A stretch of 61,143 bases of DNA, filler included, from Hausera hauseri (lineage: Eukaryota): NCBI GenBank assembly GCA_046269625.1. It is 12 parts of 12 records of this genome, joined end to end, with 100 filler letters (N's around TTAATTAATTAA, not from the genome) between each part and the next. Parts side by side here need not be neighbours in the genome. Positions count along the whole stretch, not along the records: positions 25,335 to 29,408 come from JBJURY010779093.1; positions 29,509 to 35,221 come from JBJURY010200637.1; positions 35,322 to 40,041 come from JBJURY010462245.1; 9 more parts are not named here. One strand, 5' to 3'. Below are positions 28,270 through 39,990 of this stretch, piece after piece; the stretch's first letter is position 1, and the number at the start of each line of letters is the position of its first letter. Made by a program: the position numbers and the translations under genes. The notes under the pieces were generated by a model. The model had not been told where the DNA came from and ran no database searches. It worked only from the letters and a program-made list of their open reading frames with translations.

Positions 28270-29408
28270 TTATACTATGACAATTCCGTTTTTCGTTATT
28301 TCAACCTCGGCATCAAATACACCGTAAATGTACATCATAGTAGATTGCTCCAACGCTTTAGCAAAGTGAACCTTCAATCTCAGGTTTCCTTGCTAAAGTA
28401 GTTGAGGCTGTTCAACGACATAATCCGGAGCCAGTAAAAAGGTGAAGAATGGATAGGTGGACTTAAACAAATCCATCGATATGCCATTGTTGATGTTTTT
28501 CGTTCATCAAACCCAAGTTGCGCACGATAGATTGCATATATGTGCAAACATAATCGCCGGTCTAGAAATCCTGCTTGTATGTCTCAACGAAATCCGCATT
28601 ACGATCCAGAGTGATGTAATTCACATTGCTGTGGGTAAACGTTTCCGAATCGGTGGTATAACTTCCCCTTTTGTTGAACAGTCGTTTGAAATGTAGCAAG
28701 CACAAATTTCGGCAATTGCATGTCGCCAAACAGTGCATCTTTGTACAACATAGTTAAACCTTTGGGTGTGGTGTAAAAGACGAGTTCTGTGCGTTGTATC
28801 GGGTAACAGGCATTTAGAGTTTCCAAACCCAATCGATGTTCCATGAGCACAGCTTGTTCTACCTTTAATCGACGTACGCATAATCGTGCCTCGGTAATTT
28901 TCAGTATGGGTTTGAGACTTGCAACGGTGGTTTTCAAACAAAAGACATTGTCGCTGCGCTTGAGCCGAATCATGGCTTTAACACCAGGCAGCAAGTATTT
29001 CGACTGATCCAAAAAGTCGAAGTACAGCAGCCGAAACATTGTAAGTGCTTTTGATTCAGCCACTCATGGCTTACGGTTTGCTGCTGTGTCGTCATATTCA
29101 ATGGTTTTCGTCAAATGAGTCGTTTTCGCCTCAACACTCTAATTTAGAGCCATTTTAATGAGTGCATTGATACAGTATAGACTGGTGTTGCCTTCGATTT
29201 GGCGCTGTTTAGAGTCAGTGAAGCCTCCTGGAACAGTGTAATGAAAAGGTAATTGGCCGGCGTGACAGTGTCTGTTGCAGTGAGAACCGTTGATGCATCC
29301 TTTTTAACAATGACTTTTACATAGAGTAGCCTATCGTTCAAATCCAGGTATTCATTGTCCGATGCCATAATGTTGAATTGAATGTCAATGTTATCGTCCG
29401 TCGAGACG
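28270..29408 (-). pseudogene. Polinton/adintovirus major capsid (double jelly-roll) protein, frameshifted
   Basis: EYLDLNDRLLYVK, PANYLFITLFQEASLTLN, QSKYLLPGVKAMIRLKRS, KITEARLCVRRLKV, ACYPIQRTE, QLPKFV, and C-terminal GNLRLKVHFAKALE...VFDAEVEI, typical of animal Polinton MCPs. Adjacent to the protease. Confidence 0.75.
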
Positions 29409-29508
29409 NNNNNNNNNNNNNNNNNNNNNNNNNNNNNNNNNNNNNNNNNNNNTTAATTAATTAANNNNNNNNNNNNNNNNNNNNNNNNNNNNNNNNNNNN
29501 NNNNNNNN

Positions 29509-31109
29509 AGGAAATTTTGTTAAGATTAAAGATAATTAACCATGCCAGAAATGTGCAGCGGTTGACCTGAAGCGGTGTATAAGCGTTTAGTTCTGAATGG
29601 TAAACTTTGTACAGGAAAGGTTTGTGGTAATAAAGAAATTGCTGCACCTGTATCGATGAGGAAATTAACGGATTGCGTTGTAGGAGCGGTGATTGCAGCC
29701 TTTAGGGTAAAAACAGCAAAAGAAGCGTGTCGGCATTCAAAAAGTGACGCAGTGCCTTTGCCAGAGTTTGCCGTGATTTCAGGCGGCAAACTTAGTTATT
29801 TTGGAAAGGTAAACTAAGACGACTATTAAAAGAAAAGATAGCACGTCCGTTGTTCGTATCTGGTTTGACAGTGCAGCCTAGAATGCATTTGCGAGCTTGA
29901 TTTTTAAACTTTGCGTGGTAAATGCAAATTACGGTGTCTGAAACAGCTTTTATTACAAAATTTGCACACTGGGCAGCATTTCTTGGCATTCTTATTGAAT
30001 CTGCTGTGATAGTAGCAGATTGACGACCGCGCAGGAGATGGTAACCGGTTTCTAGATGCGAAATGGGCGCGGTCAGCAACAAAATTTCTTTGCCGGGACA
30101 AGGAAAGCTCGTTTAATTTGATGTTTATATTGTTAATTGTTGCTTGTAGTGCTGTATTTTCGGCACGTAACTGATTTAGTTGTTGCTCTATTGATGCATT
30201 ATTGTTTTGGATACCGATAGTGACAACTGCGGCAGAAACGACTGGTGGGGAATTTAAGTGTTAAACGTCGTGTCTTTTATCGGCTAATTCGGCCAATTCT
30301 TCAAGAGCCGTGAAGTCCTCCACCACGGAAAGTAGAGCCCGAATTTGGATGGGTAATGCGTTGAGAAAGTAGTGACGCAGTAGTTCGGGGTTGTGTTCAT
30401 TAGTGACGCCGAAAGTGTGCAGATGTGTCAAAGACGTGCGTAAAAATTCTGATGGTCGTTATGTGACTATAGCATTGTCGTGGAAGAAGCGTTGTTTGAT
30501 CGTGTCCATTGAGGGTTCTGTGATTTTAAGAACGGCGTTGGAAAGTTGTGAATATGGATCAGGAAGTTCAAATATTTCAAGGATGTTGTGAATTTGTGTT
30601 TCAATATTGTTAGGGAGTAGGAAGAGAAGATTGTGTGCCTTAGTTAAGGAATCGGTGACGTTATTGGCTTGTAGCCACAGTTGGTGGAATTGTAAGCAAG
30701 TTTTGCTGGAGCCTTGGTTGTCAATGAAGAATTCGGTGCAGTGAAGGAAAGGAGCGGAAGAGGTAGTAGCTGAAGGGTTATTAGCGGAAGTAGGGGTGGG
30801 TTTTTGAAGCAGTATTACAGATTTTTGTTTCATGGTGGTTTTATCCGTGGTGTCTATGGTTGGCGATGAGTTCATGCCACCGTGGATACGGAAGTGTATG
30901 GGAGGTGGATATAAGTTAAAGAAGGTTTCAGGGTCCCAACAAGAAATACTGTGGAGCCGTGGTGTGTGAGGTAAAAGTCAGGTGAGCGAAGAAAAGTGGA
31001 GAAGACATTGTAGATAGCCGCATTGTTTAAATGTGTTAATGCAGTTGTGTAAATATGTTTATTATTTAAAAAAGAAAAGGGAATACAGAGAGGTCAGTAG
31101 CCTGGGGCG
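29509..31109 (-). mobile_element. Gypsy family-A internal region copy 2 (leader, gag, protease)
   Basis: Gag MNSSPTIDTTD homologous to the ORF at 11152; SICYYHSRF; protease FLIDTGAAISLLP. Confidence 0.85.
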
Positions 31110-31239
31110 TGTCGTGAGGCGTCAGCGAACGGTGTCGTCCGACCCAATGGCACAGGGTGGGCGGCCGGGACTTCAGCCTCGCCGCGTCAAATCCCAAACT
31201 TCTGGGTGACCGAGTTCCCCGCATACAATGTTTTCTTAT

Positions 31240-32135
31240 CAGTCACTTTCGGATATGATAGAACGAATTTTGTTCTTTTAATTTGTGCAGAATTTGTCAT
31301 TGAATTTTTTAGTACTTCTGGAATATTCTCTTCTTCTCGTTTGCGTTTTAATTCTACGTCTTTCAAAGTTCCCGCTTTTCGCGTTGTTCTCAAGTTTCAA
31401 ACTTTAATTCGCTCACTTTTTACCAATAGCCGACCCAAATGGCTGATAAACTTCGTTGGATGTGTCGTGGAATCCGCGTGGAATTGCCTGGTAAAATGGA
31501 ATTTCATCGCTGTAGTTTATACCAGGTTTCTTCTTGTTGTTTATCGGTTTTTCGATTATTCTCACTTCTGCATATTTACGTTTCTCCTGTACAGCCGCCA
31601 ATCTCCTTGCCATTATCAGCTGCCTTTCTTGTCCTTTACGTTTGGCCTCTTTTTCTTGGATATTTGTCAGCCTAGCACGTGCCCCATTCAACATATCAAT
31701 TTCATCTCTTGCCATGTCAATTGGATCAGGTTTGGCTGGTCCACTCTCTGGTCCGACGTCGGTATCATCTTGCCGTATATTATCTATGTTTGTAGTTCCT
31801 TCTGTATCAGCACGACTTTTATCAATCAATAAATTGTACTGCTGTACGCATTGTGATGCTATACGTCCAATTATATCTGATATAGTTCGCCATTGCATCG
31901 GCAAAACCTTTCCTAAATGTAACAGTTTTTTATTTTTATCTTGCGTCCTTTCGGTCTTTCTCACTGTCGGTGATAACCATTCGTACCATTTGGATTTGCA
32001 CTGCTGTGCTGATTTACGATTTAACAATGGGGTTACTCTGGCCCACTGATTTGTGTCGTATTTTATGATGGTCGATTTAAGAACTTCATCCTCAACATTT
32101 GTCTAAATACCACCCTTCCACAAACGACTCGTATT
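31240..32135 (-). pseudogene. CDC5L: Intronless CDC5L (Myb-repeat splicing factor) N-terminal fragment
   Basis: KGGI*TNVEDEVLK, QWARV, RKSAQQCKSKWYEWLSP, LLHLGKVLPMQWRTI, ESGPAKPDPIDM, ARARLTN, INYSDEIPF, PRGFHDTS, KRTKFVLSYPKVTD. Contains stops and frameshifts. Confidence 0.88.
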
Positions 32136-32199
32136 AGAACCGTTTCTCAGATTAGACGGGGCTTTCTTGGTTGTTGTTTGCACGGAGCAAATAAATTCT

Positions 32200-33090
32200 T
32201 GCCTCTACTTAGCGTTTTTTTGTTGATTTGTATAAACCGATGTCAACAATGCGGCTCTTTGTTAATCCATCAGGCATGTGTGCCTTCCTGCTGTATACCT
32301 CAACATATCTCGGAACCTTACTGGGATCAGCAAAATTGATGCCGATGCATACACCAACGATTACTGAGTCCGGTCGCCGGTTGCTAACGACCATTGCTAC
32401 TGGCTTTTTGCAAACAAATGTGATACTCTGTTCCTGATTGGCCGTGCGACTATTAAGTACATTCTGAGTACAATTTCAACAGCCGATCTTCACTGAATGA
32501 AACGTCGTTCGTCTGTTCACAGTGTTTGCAAAAATTAACGGGAATATGACCACATAATGGATCATAAAGAAAAACGCTATCCTGAGTCTTGTGCTGTTTT
32601 TGTTGACCTTCAATGGTTGTTGTTGGACCATCGGTAATATGTTTAAACACAGGTGTGCGATCAAAACAATGATATAAATATGAATTTCTGAATGAGTCGC
32701 ATAGCAAGCACAACCCATCAGAAGTAGCGACCATAGATACTGTAGCAGTGCGACTACCTCCGTTATTGATTGTGCGCCATGGAAAGATGATAGCATCCGT
32801 AACTTTGGTAAGACTGCCTACCTATATATCGGACATCTCAAGTGATACTGGCCCAGCACCACAGTGACTCTCCGCTACCAGATAGGCAAATCTGTCCGGC
32901 CCAACAGCCAAGCAGAACAGTATGTTGTTGTGTGCGCAAGCGGCCGTCAGTAAACCTGGTTGGGAGGGAACAAATGCCCATCTGGTTAGAGTTAGCGGAG
33001 GGTCGTTACCAGTTGTATCGAGAAAGTAGTTGGTATCGACGTACAGATCATCAACACCCGTTTGCAAAACGGAGCAGAACATGTATCCGT
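32200..33090 (-). pseudogene. UBR4: Intronless internal UBR4 (p600/purity of essence) fragment
   Basis: LTRWAFVPSQPGLL...AVGPD, IPVNFCKHCEQTNDVSF...LLKLY and DSVIVGVCIGI...VPRYVEVYSR...SRIVDI align by eye, in order, with UBR4 LCQWSEV..HPGLV, FPIDFFEH..QLTDVEFGG.DLLQVY and MVMTGMRIQIG...APSYIEIFGR...SRWFDF. Confidence 0.65.
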
Positions 33091-33399
33091 GATTATTATT
33101 AGAATTTTTAAAATTTGAAACGGATGGAAATAACAGCATTACCTTTTTGAAAATATCCATATCCGAGTGCCACAAATTCTTCTGACACCATTTGTTATTC
33201 TTTATGCTGTCGAATAATTTCAATGACCCTTGTATTTGATTTGTTGTCTCGTCCTCGGCCCATTTCTTGAGATGTTCAGTACTTTGTTATTGAAAGCAGT
33301 AGATACTTTGTTATCTTAGTATTATTGATCATAAGTATAAGACTTTGATAAAAAAAATTAGAAATTCGAAAATTCGGAGAAAGCATATAGAAATGGCAA

Positions 33400-34560
33400 A
33401 GAAAGACCAATCAAAATTTTAAAGTTCGTCTGCCGACTCTTTAGTTTCTTTGGCTGAGAAAATTTATTTATGCATGAAATGTTTTTTAGTTAAACGGATG
33501 AAGAAGAGATAGCTTTATCCTCGTTGATTTCTTTCACGGCGTGGAATTAAAAGTATTTAAACTGTATTCATAGTCAGGTGCTATGCTTCTCGACTCCAAG
33601 AATCTATTCCAAGTTATGTCATTCAAAGCAGTTTTTGATGCATATGATACCAAACCACTTGGATCCAATGCATTTTCCTTAATCTTATTTGAAAACTTTA
33701 TTGACCCCTATCTTCAACTGTTGATTGTTCTAATTCTGAAGAAATGAGATCTTTTGTGAAATTCGGATTGACATCATTGTATACTGAATTACGATATTCA
33801 TTTTTGGAGAATTCATTCTCGTCCAAACATTGAACTGTATCTTCTGTTTTATCAGAAAGTAAGAAGCTGTCTTTAAATTCATCTAATTCATTAAGGTCGC
33901 GATCTGAAAATTGGTCATCGGTTTCATCGTCTGCTCCCGTCTGTGATGATGCACCATATGGACTAAACGAACAATTCTTCCGACTTCGATAACTAATGAA
34001 GCTATCAGCGATTTCATCTGAATCCCTTCTATTAACGTCATTTTAGTTTTCTTCAAACGAAATATCATCTTCATCAGTAACAATCCTCTCGTCGTCTTCA
34101 TTATTAACCATTTGACTCGCTGTCAACGATGATGAATGTGAAGTGCATGGCGCTGTAGTATTTTCAAAGCTTTGATTACAAGAATTGCTAATTTCTATCT
34201 CTCCGTGAGGATAACAATTTACAGATTCGATATTATCAATACGGGGAGTACAAAAGTCCTCTAATGTTATGATGGGCTTTTCGGGAAAATCGTCGTCTAA
34301 AACATTTCGAACGACTAGATTAACAACTTCATTCTGCGAATTTAATTCATAGTCTCGATGAGAATATAACTTTGACGTGCTTGATGTGCTGAAAGCCATT
34401 GAGGTATTTGAATGAACCTTTATATGGGATTTGTTAATATCAGTTACTTTTGGCAAAGCAACATTTGAGACCATTCGATGATTAGGGTCAAATCGTAAAA
34501 GGTCGCTAATAAGATTTCGAAACTTTCTGTCGACACGTCGCAATACACCTCGGCATGACC
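33400..34560 (-). pseudogene. Unidentified degraded coding fragment(s) inside the LTR
   Basis: 166-aa ORF 34043-34543 with an acidic/Ser-rich continuation and coding-like composition. No family recognised. Confidence 0.35.
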
Positions 34561-34612
34561 AAATCCTGTTTATCTATATGCCTTCTATATTCACGGATTG
34601 CATTCTTAAAAC

Positions 34613-34712
34613 GAAGAGTCGGACCCGATTATCGATCCGACGCGGCGATAGCGGACGCCCGGCCGTGCCCGACCAAATGGGCCAGAGGACACCGGCCGCG
34701 ATGGGCACCACA
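34613..34712 (-). repeat. Family-A LTR left terminus (motif X)
   Basis: GC-rich ~100-bp motif homologous to 41279-41377 and 50341-50445. Confidence 0.85.
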
Positions 34713-35221
34713 GTATAGACGAATCAAAAAGAAGGGGACGCGGAGATGTAGTGATGGATAAAAGGACACAGGAAAAAGTACGGAAATTTATGAAAACTGA
34801 AAATTTCCAGGAATTATTCTTCAACGGAATGGAGGGAAGTTGGAACGATAAGCAGATCTTCATGCTGGAAGAATTATACGTCGAACAGATGTCATACACG
34901 AAGTTTTTGCTGGACGACCAGGAATCAAATTAAAGATGCAAGACAGACGGGAAGATTGCTTATTGGACACAGGGCTACGGTAAATGTCATAAGCAAGAAG
35001 GTCGTGGATAATCTTGCAAACACACACATAGAGAAATCAGATATCACACTACCATGTGCGCACAATAGCCCCTTAGATTGTCTGGGCACACTCACAACAG
35101 ACGTAGAAATCAAGAGTCTAAAGAGACGCCTGACATTTCTGGTTGTGTCGGATTTACGGCCAGAAATAATAGGTGGAGTGGACCTGCAAAAGGCATTCGG
35201 AATAGAACTGGGATGGAAACG
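34713..35221 (+). mobile_element. Gypsy family-B gag/protease fragment (insertion target)
   Basis: Homologous to the reverse complement of 52300-52805 (CLLDTGLR protease-like site; LRPEIIGGVDLQKAFGIELGWK). Confidence 0.8.
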
Positions 35222-35593
35222 NNNNNNNNNNNNNNNNNNNNNNNNNNNNNNNNNNNNNNNNNNNNTTAATTAATTAANNNNNNNNNNNNNNNNNNNNNNN
35301 NNNNNNNNNNNNNNNNNNNNNGTGGAAATTTGGCATACTTATAAGGCTTTTCTTCAATAGTTATCGACGACACTATACGTATCTCCTAGAGTAGTATAAG
35401 CATGGAGTCTTACGAGTTCCGAACTTCCTATCTTTAGGGTTTCTTATGCCTTTATTTGGTCTGATCTCTATTAATTTTCCTGTTTGCAAGTCGATTGCTA
35501 TGTTTGGTAACCTTTTCAATAAATTACATTCTAAGACTACGTCGTCGGTTAATTGTTCCATAACTGCAAATTCATGACGAAAATTCTGTCAAA

Positions 35594-36160
35594 CTATTTG
35601 GACTTCTGGGTTCCATTTAAACATCGGTTTCGACATTTGGCCAAAAGCTCCCGTACTCCCTGGATTTTTTGTGTATGGTGGGTATAATTGTCCCTTAACG
35701 ATTGAGGTATTGAATTGTTTTTAATGTAAGACATTTCAGACCCTGTATCGATTAAGGCATAAACTTCCCAATCTTCGATAATAATTTTGGCGAAGGGCCT
35801 TTCTTCTATCACCGTTCCGAAGCAGTTTGATGCATCCATTGAGCGTTTTGCCGCCGATATCTTATGTCCGTTGATTCGGATTTCTGGGGAGGATACTATA
35901 TTCTCTGCCAGTTGCCTTAACTCTCCGTTTGGGTATAATTCATTGTTTTCGATGTTTAAGTTTTCTGCTTCGTGAGTACTGATTAATGATTTTCGATTGT
36001 TAGTATGTATTTCGGTAGTCTGGAAGGTTTTTAATCTTGGATTGTCCCAAACTGGTGATCTAGTTTCTATATTTCGAGGTTTTCTCGGGGAATACAACAT
36101 CCGGGGATTATCTACGGGCCGTTGGTAACACATTTTCCGTAGGATCCTGTAGCGTTTCAT
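35594..36160 (-). CDS. Retroviral-type aspartic protease region of a retroelement polyprotein
   Basis: RPFAKIIIEDWEVYALIDTGSEMSYI. Confidence 0.75.
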   Translation of the reverse strand: MKRYRILRKMCYQRPVDNPRMLYSPRKPRNIETRSPVWDNPRLKTFQTTEIHTNNRKSLISTHEAENLNIENNELYPNGELRQLAENIVSSPEIRINGHKISAAKRSMDASNCFGTVIEERPFAKIIIEDWEVYALIDTGSEMSYIKNNSIPQSLRDNYTHHTQKIQGVRELLAKCRNRCLNGTQKSK

Positions 36161-36177
36161 GCATTCATACGAGTCTT

Positions 36178-38320
36178 CTACATTAATTGTCCTTTTATAT
36201 ATTTCCGTCTGGATGAACTCATGGATCGTTTGTCACAGTCTTCGTAGACTGTAGCAGTCGGAGGTGACATAGTCAATGGTGCTTTAATGACAGAGTACAT
36301 CTTATGTTTGTTTATTCCTGAAAGTACTTCTCCTCCATTAGGCTCGTCATCACCTGAATTATTTCCTCGTATATTAGGTTTTGTAAGTTTCTGCTTTCGC
36401 AAGGATATAGGCCTTCCTTTACGTTTACGATTATAGTAACCGACATGGCGTTCTACGTCCGATTTCCATCTATTTTCTTCGTATGCCTTTAAGAATTTTC
36501 CAAAGGGCGTTCTGATTGCAGTCAGTATCTTACATGAAAATCCAGTCAATGTAAATATTTCATACCCATTTATTACTGCTAGGATGACTGCTTTAATCAT
36601 TTGTATCAGAAAATATATCGCTAAGAAACCGGATGCGGCTTGGCCAAAAATCAAAAATCTTCTCCAAATTTTGTAGAGTATTTCTGTTGTTACTCGCTGA
36701 TAATGGTTTACACCGAGTAACGATTCCCATTTGGCCTGATGTCGTGTATCGTCTACTACGGAAGCCATGGCTCGGTTTAATTCATGTGTTCTTTGTCGCG
36801 GAAAAGCAAGGAATTGTCTAAAGGCTTCGATTTCCTTAGGCCTGTATATGCCTTTTGACGAGGTGTCTTGAAATTCATAGTCCATAATTCCTTTCGCAAG
36901 GTTTATGCCTGTTAATTTATTTGGGGAGGCAGTAATGCCTCCATTTGGCAAACTAACCCCGTCTGTTTTACTACGTCTAAACATGGGCTCTCCTAAGCTT
37001 GCCTCACAATCCTTAAGGATAGTTGGTTGGGTTGCATTATCCAGTAACACTCTCGTCAATGGTGTAGCCAATCTGGGAATATTCTGATAGATGACAGGTA
37101 GTTCCTGAATGCAACGTTTTTCGTCCACGTTAATGGATACATCTCTCTTTTCGCATTTATAGGTCAGCAGTACCTCGCCCGTAACCCGACCGAAAATTCC
37201 CTCTGTTATAGGAATTATTGGAGAAGCCAATTCTGGGTTGGCGTATATAACGGACAGTTTCGTCCTCATGATTTCGGTATCTAATTTTCAGTCGTTAGTT
37301 ATCATTTTGTGATATAATTCAGCTATTCCGACTAGCCTCTTGTAGTAGAAGTAATCGTCTCTGTTTTTCAGATAATCCTCAATTCGGACATCCTGCGTCT
37401 CTAGTTTGTAAGTCTTTGCATTTATTTTCGTTTCTGCGACGAAAAATGCCTCATAGTTAGTAGCGAACATCACTACGTCACAACGAGAGACAATCTCTTT
37501 TTTGATAAATCTTAGTCCATGTTGATCCGAGATCAATATAGTGGATGTAGGATGTTTTGATACGTTCTTGCGTATCCTTGAATTGGTATCCGATTTATTT
37601 ATATAACGTTTTCCGGTAGTTTCATTAAACTTCAGTTCCTTAATTTTAATAAAATTACGGCTTCTTCCAGAAGGTGGTTCCCATATTATAACGGAATTTC
37701 TAAAAGCACAGGTTCCATCTTGTAAGTGGCACTTACAAGATTTTCAGTGTATAACTTAGTGACACTATGAAACATTACTTTCTGTGAATGCATCTCCGAT
37801 TCGTAGAAATCCACTACTACCACATTTGCTTCCAATCCTTTTCCAGTATCGTATTACGCTCCGTAACAATGTCCGTTATGCATGTCTAACCTTCCCGCCA
37901 CTATTTTGTATGCCCTAATTAAATGTCCTTGTTGAATTTCCAATTGCATATTGCCCAGTTGTACTCTTCCAGTTTCCTTAGCCTGTTTGCAGTGCTGGCG
38001 TTCTAGGTTTATTGGAATAAGAAGAGTGGTTGGTTTGATTATTGAGGAATGTCCGTATACTAAACCACAGTGAAAAATTCTACGAGATCGTCTCAGCATA
38101 CATTCCATCTCATCTAGCGATATCAGGTCTTGATGTTGATACAAGAAGTAATTTTTCTCTCTTGTTTCCAACTTGTGCGGTCTGGAATCCTCGCACACTT
38201 CCAGATCCATTAGGGAATGTCTTTGTCCTAGTTTAAACTTATCGCAGTGGTAGACGGTTACAGTGCCTATGTGCTTTATTAGCATCATTAAGGTGAGTAA
38301 GCTAATTAGCCAATTTGATT
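36178..38320 (-). pseudogene. Chuvirus-like (class III-type) envelope glycoprotein, frameshifted
   Basis: Signal WLISLLTLMMLIKHIG; VYHCD...SLMDLEVC; CMLRRSRRIFHCG; CKQAKETG; VAGRLDMHNGHCYG; GEVLLTYKC; CIQELPVIYQN...TPLTRVL; GIYRPKEIEAFRQFLAFP; TM FGQAASGFLAIYFLI...INGY. Confidence 0.8.
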
Positions 38321-39990
38321 TATTTTTCCGGCATCCAACATCCGCCGTTGTCAAATTACGTAACATTTTGTCGAATTTATTACCGGTCCGTCTGTCTTCT
38401 TCCTTGACAAACAGTCTTAACCAATTTACTTCACACGGCAGTCTTCTTGCCACTTTCCGTGCTAGGCTTATAGCCTTATTGATTTTATTCTCTCGATTGG
38501 GGTTTATTTTAATATCTAAGTTTAGTAATACTTTTCTCAATTCCTCATTGATGTTTTCTACCATAATCTTTTCGATTACCGATTCATCGGTTAAGTTACT
38601 TTTCGACAGCTTAAAACGTGAACTTCTCATCATTTTAGCTCCTTCGAAAATTATCTTTTCTTTGTCATCTAATACGTCACCTCGAAGGCTCGAATAATTT
38701 ACGATTCGTATTAAATTCTTCATTAGCTCGCTTAATTCCTCATTGTTTGTACTGTTAGTCGGAATCGATATCTGCCTCAGTTCTCTAATCATTTCCCCAT
38801 TATAGTCAACTTCTTCTCTCGTTTTCTTAGGCCTACCAACTGGGCGTTTCGGCCTTTGGCATTTAGTGGTTAGTTCACTGAATGGTACAAAATTTATATC
38901 GTATTGTTCCTTATCTTTATCTGTTTGTAAATACTCGAAATACATTGCAGCGTCTCGGAATCCCATGATTTGTCCTACGCATTGTCCCGTCTTGGCTTTA
39001 CGTCTGGCCTCTTCTTTTGTCTGTTTGTTAGCTATTATAACTACTATCCGATTTGTTTCGTCGGGGATAATCACGACATCTATTAATTGTTCTAGGTCGT
39101 CAAGTATTCTACCTCTAAAGTAAAACCTAGAATTTAACTCGCCTGTTCCTCCATTATTTAATAACCATTCTCTTACGTCTCTCACATAGAAATAAGTAGT
39201 TAATTTCCATTCTTTTTCAGCCATCCACTGGTATGATATTATTACTTTCATCGCTACCTCAGGTTTAGCCCTCAAGATTTTAGCGTATTTCTTTATCAAA
39301 AGCTTCGGCACCGTGCTATAAATCGTATTCTTACTAGATAAATTAGTTAATATCGGAATAAGTTGTCTTAACTTACTTTAAGTAATGTTTACATTAATTA
39401 GCTCGATTAAATCCGTTTCAATTTGCGCTGAATCCAGTATCATTCCACATTGAATCTCCTGTTCTGCGTGCATGTTTCTGTCTCATTTAGTTGTACTGGA
39501 GTCACGGGGTTTTCGGCAAGCATTGCGTCGAAGTATGCATCCCATACGGGTTCGTTTCCAGCATCTGGAAATCCATATTCTACTGTATTCGTTTTTTCAC
39601 GTTTTCCCTAATTTCTTTTAATCTTCGTTGTATTTCTTTCATCTGCGTGGTTTGGAAGCCTATTCCATTTCTACAGGCATACTGAATAATTATCAGTAAT
39701 TCGCCTAATTCATTAGAATTGATGAATCCCTTTTGGTGATAATCAGTTATTTCGATAATTTTATCTCTTTGCCATCTTTGTACGAATTCTTGCTTGTTTT
39801 TAATTTCTGATTTGGTAAAAGCATATTTGTTTCGGTAGCTTTCGAACTCTTTTGCTAGATCATCTAGTCTCGTTGCTCTTTGTTTTGTTCTGATGCACGT
39901 TTCTTCTACTTGCTGTAATTTGGGAATCAATTGCCTCATCTTTTTGTCATTAATTTCCACCATTTCTACCAATAAGTAGGCGGGATCCAT
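38321..39990 (-). CDS. N-terminal polyprotein region with ubiquitin-like segment and AT-hook
   Basis: VRDVREWL...SRFYFRGRILDDLEQLIDV resembles the Ubl motif RLIFxGKxLxD; RPVGRPKK is an AT-hook. Same ORF (37854-39311) as the start of the glycoprotein. A helical ORF lies upstream at 39580-39990. Confidence 0.5.

Larger units (their letters stand above)
31110..34712 (-). mobile_element. Putative complete 5' LTR of family A (~3.6 kb): motif X, captured gene fragments, motif Y
   Basis: Starts TGTGGTGCCC at 34712 (- strand), the motif that follows the PPT in the 3' LTR at 41377. Ends CACGACA at 31110, directly before the leader and gag. The outer TG end abuts an unrelated family-B element. Confidence 0.7.

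Noticed and set aside
31206-32049. Long + strand ORFs
   Set aside because: Antisense shadows of the CDC5L fragment.
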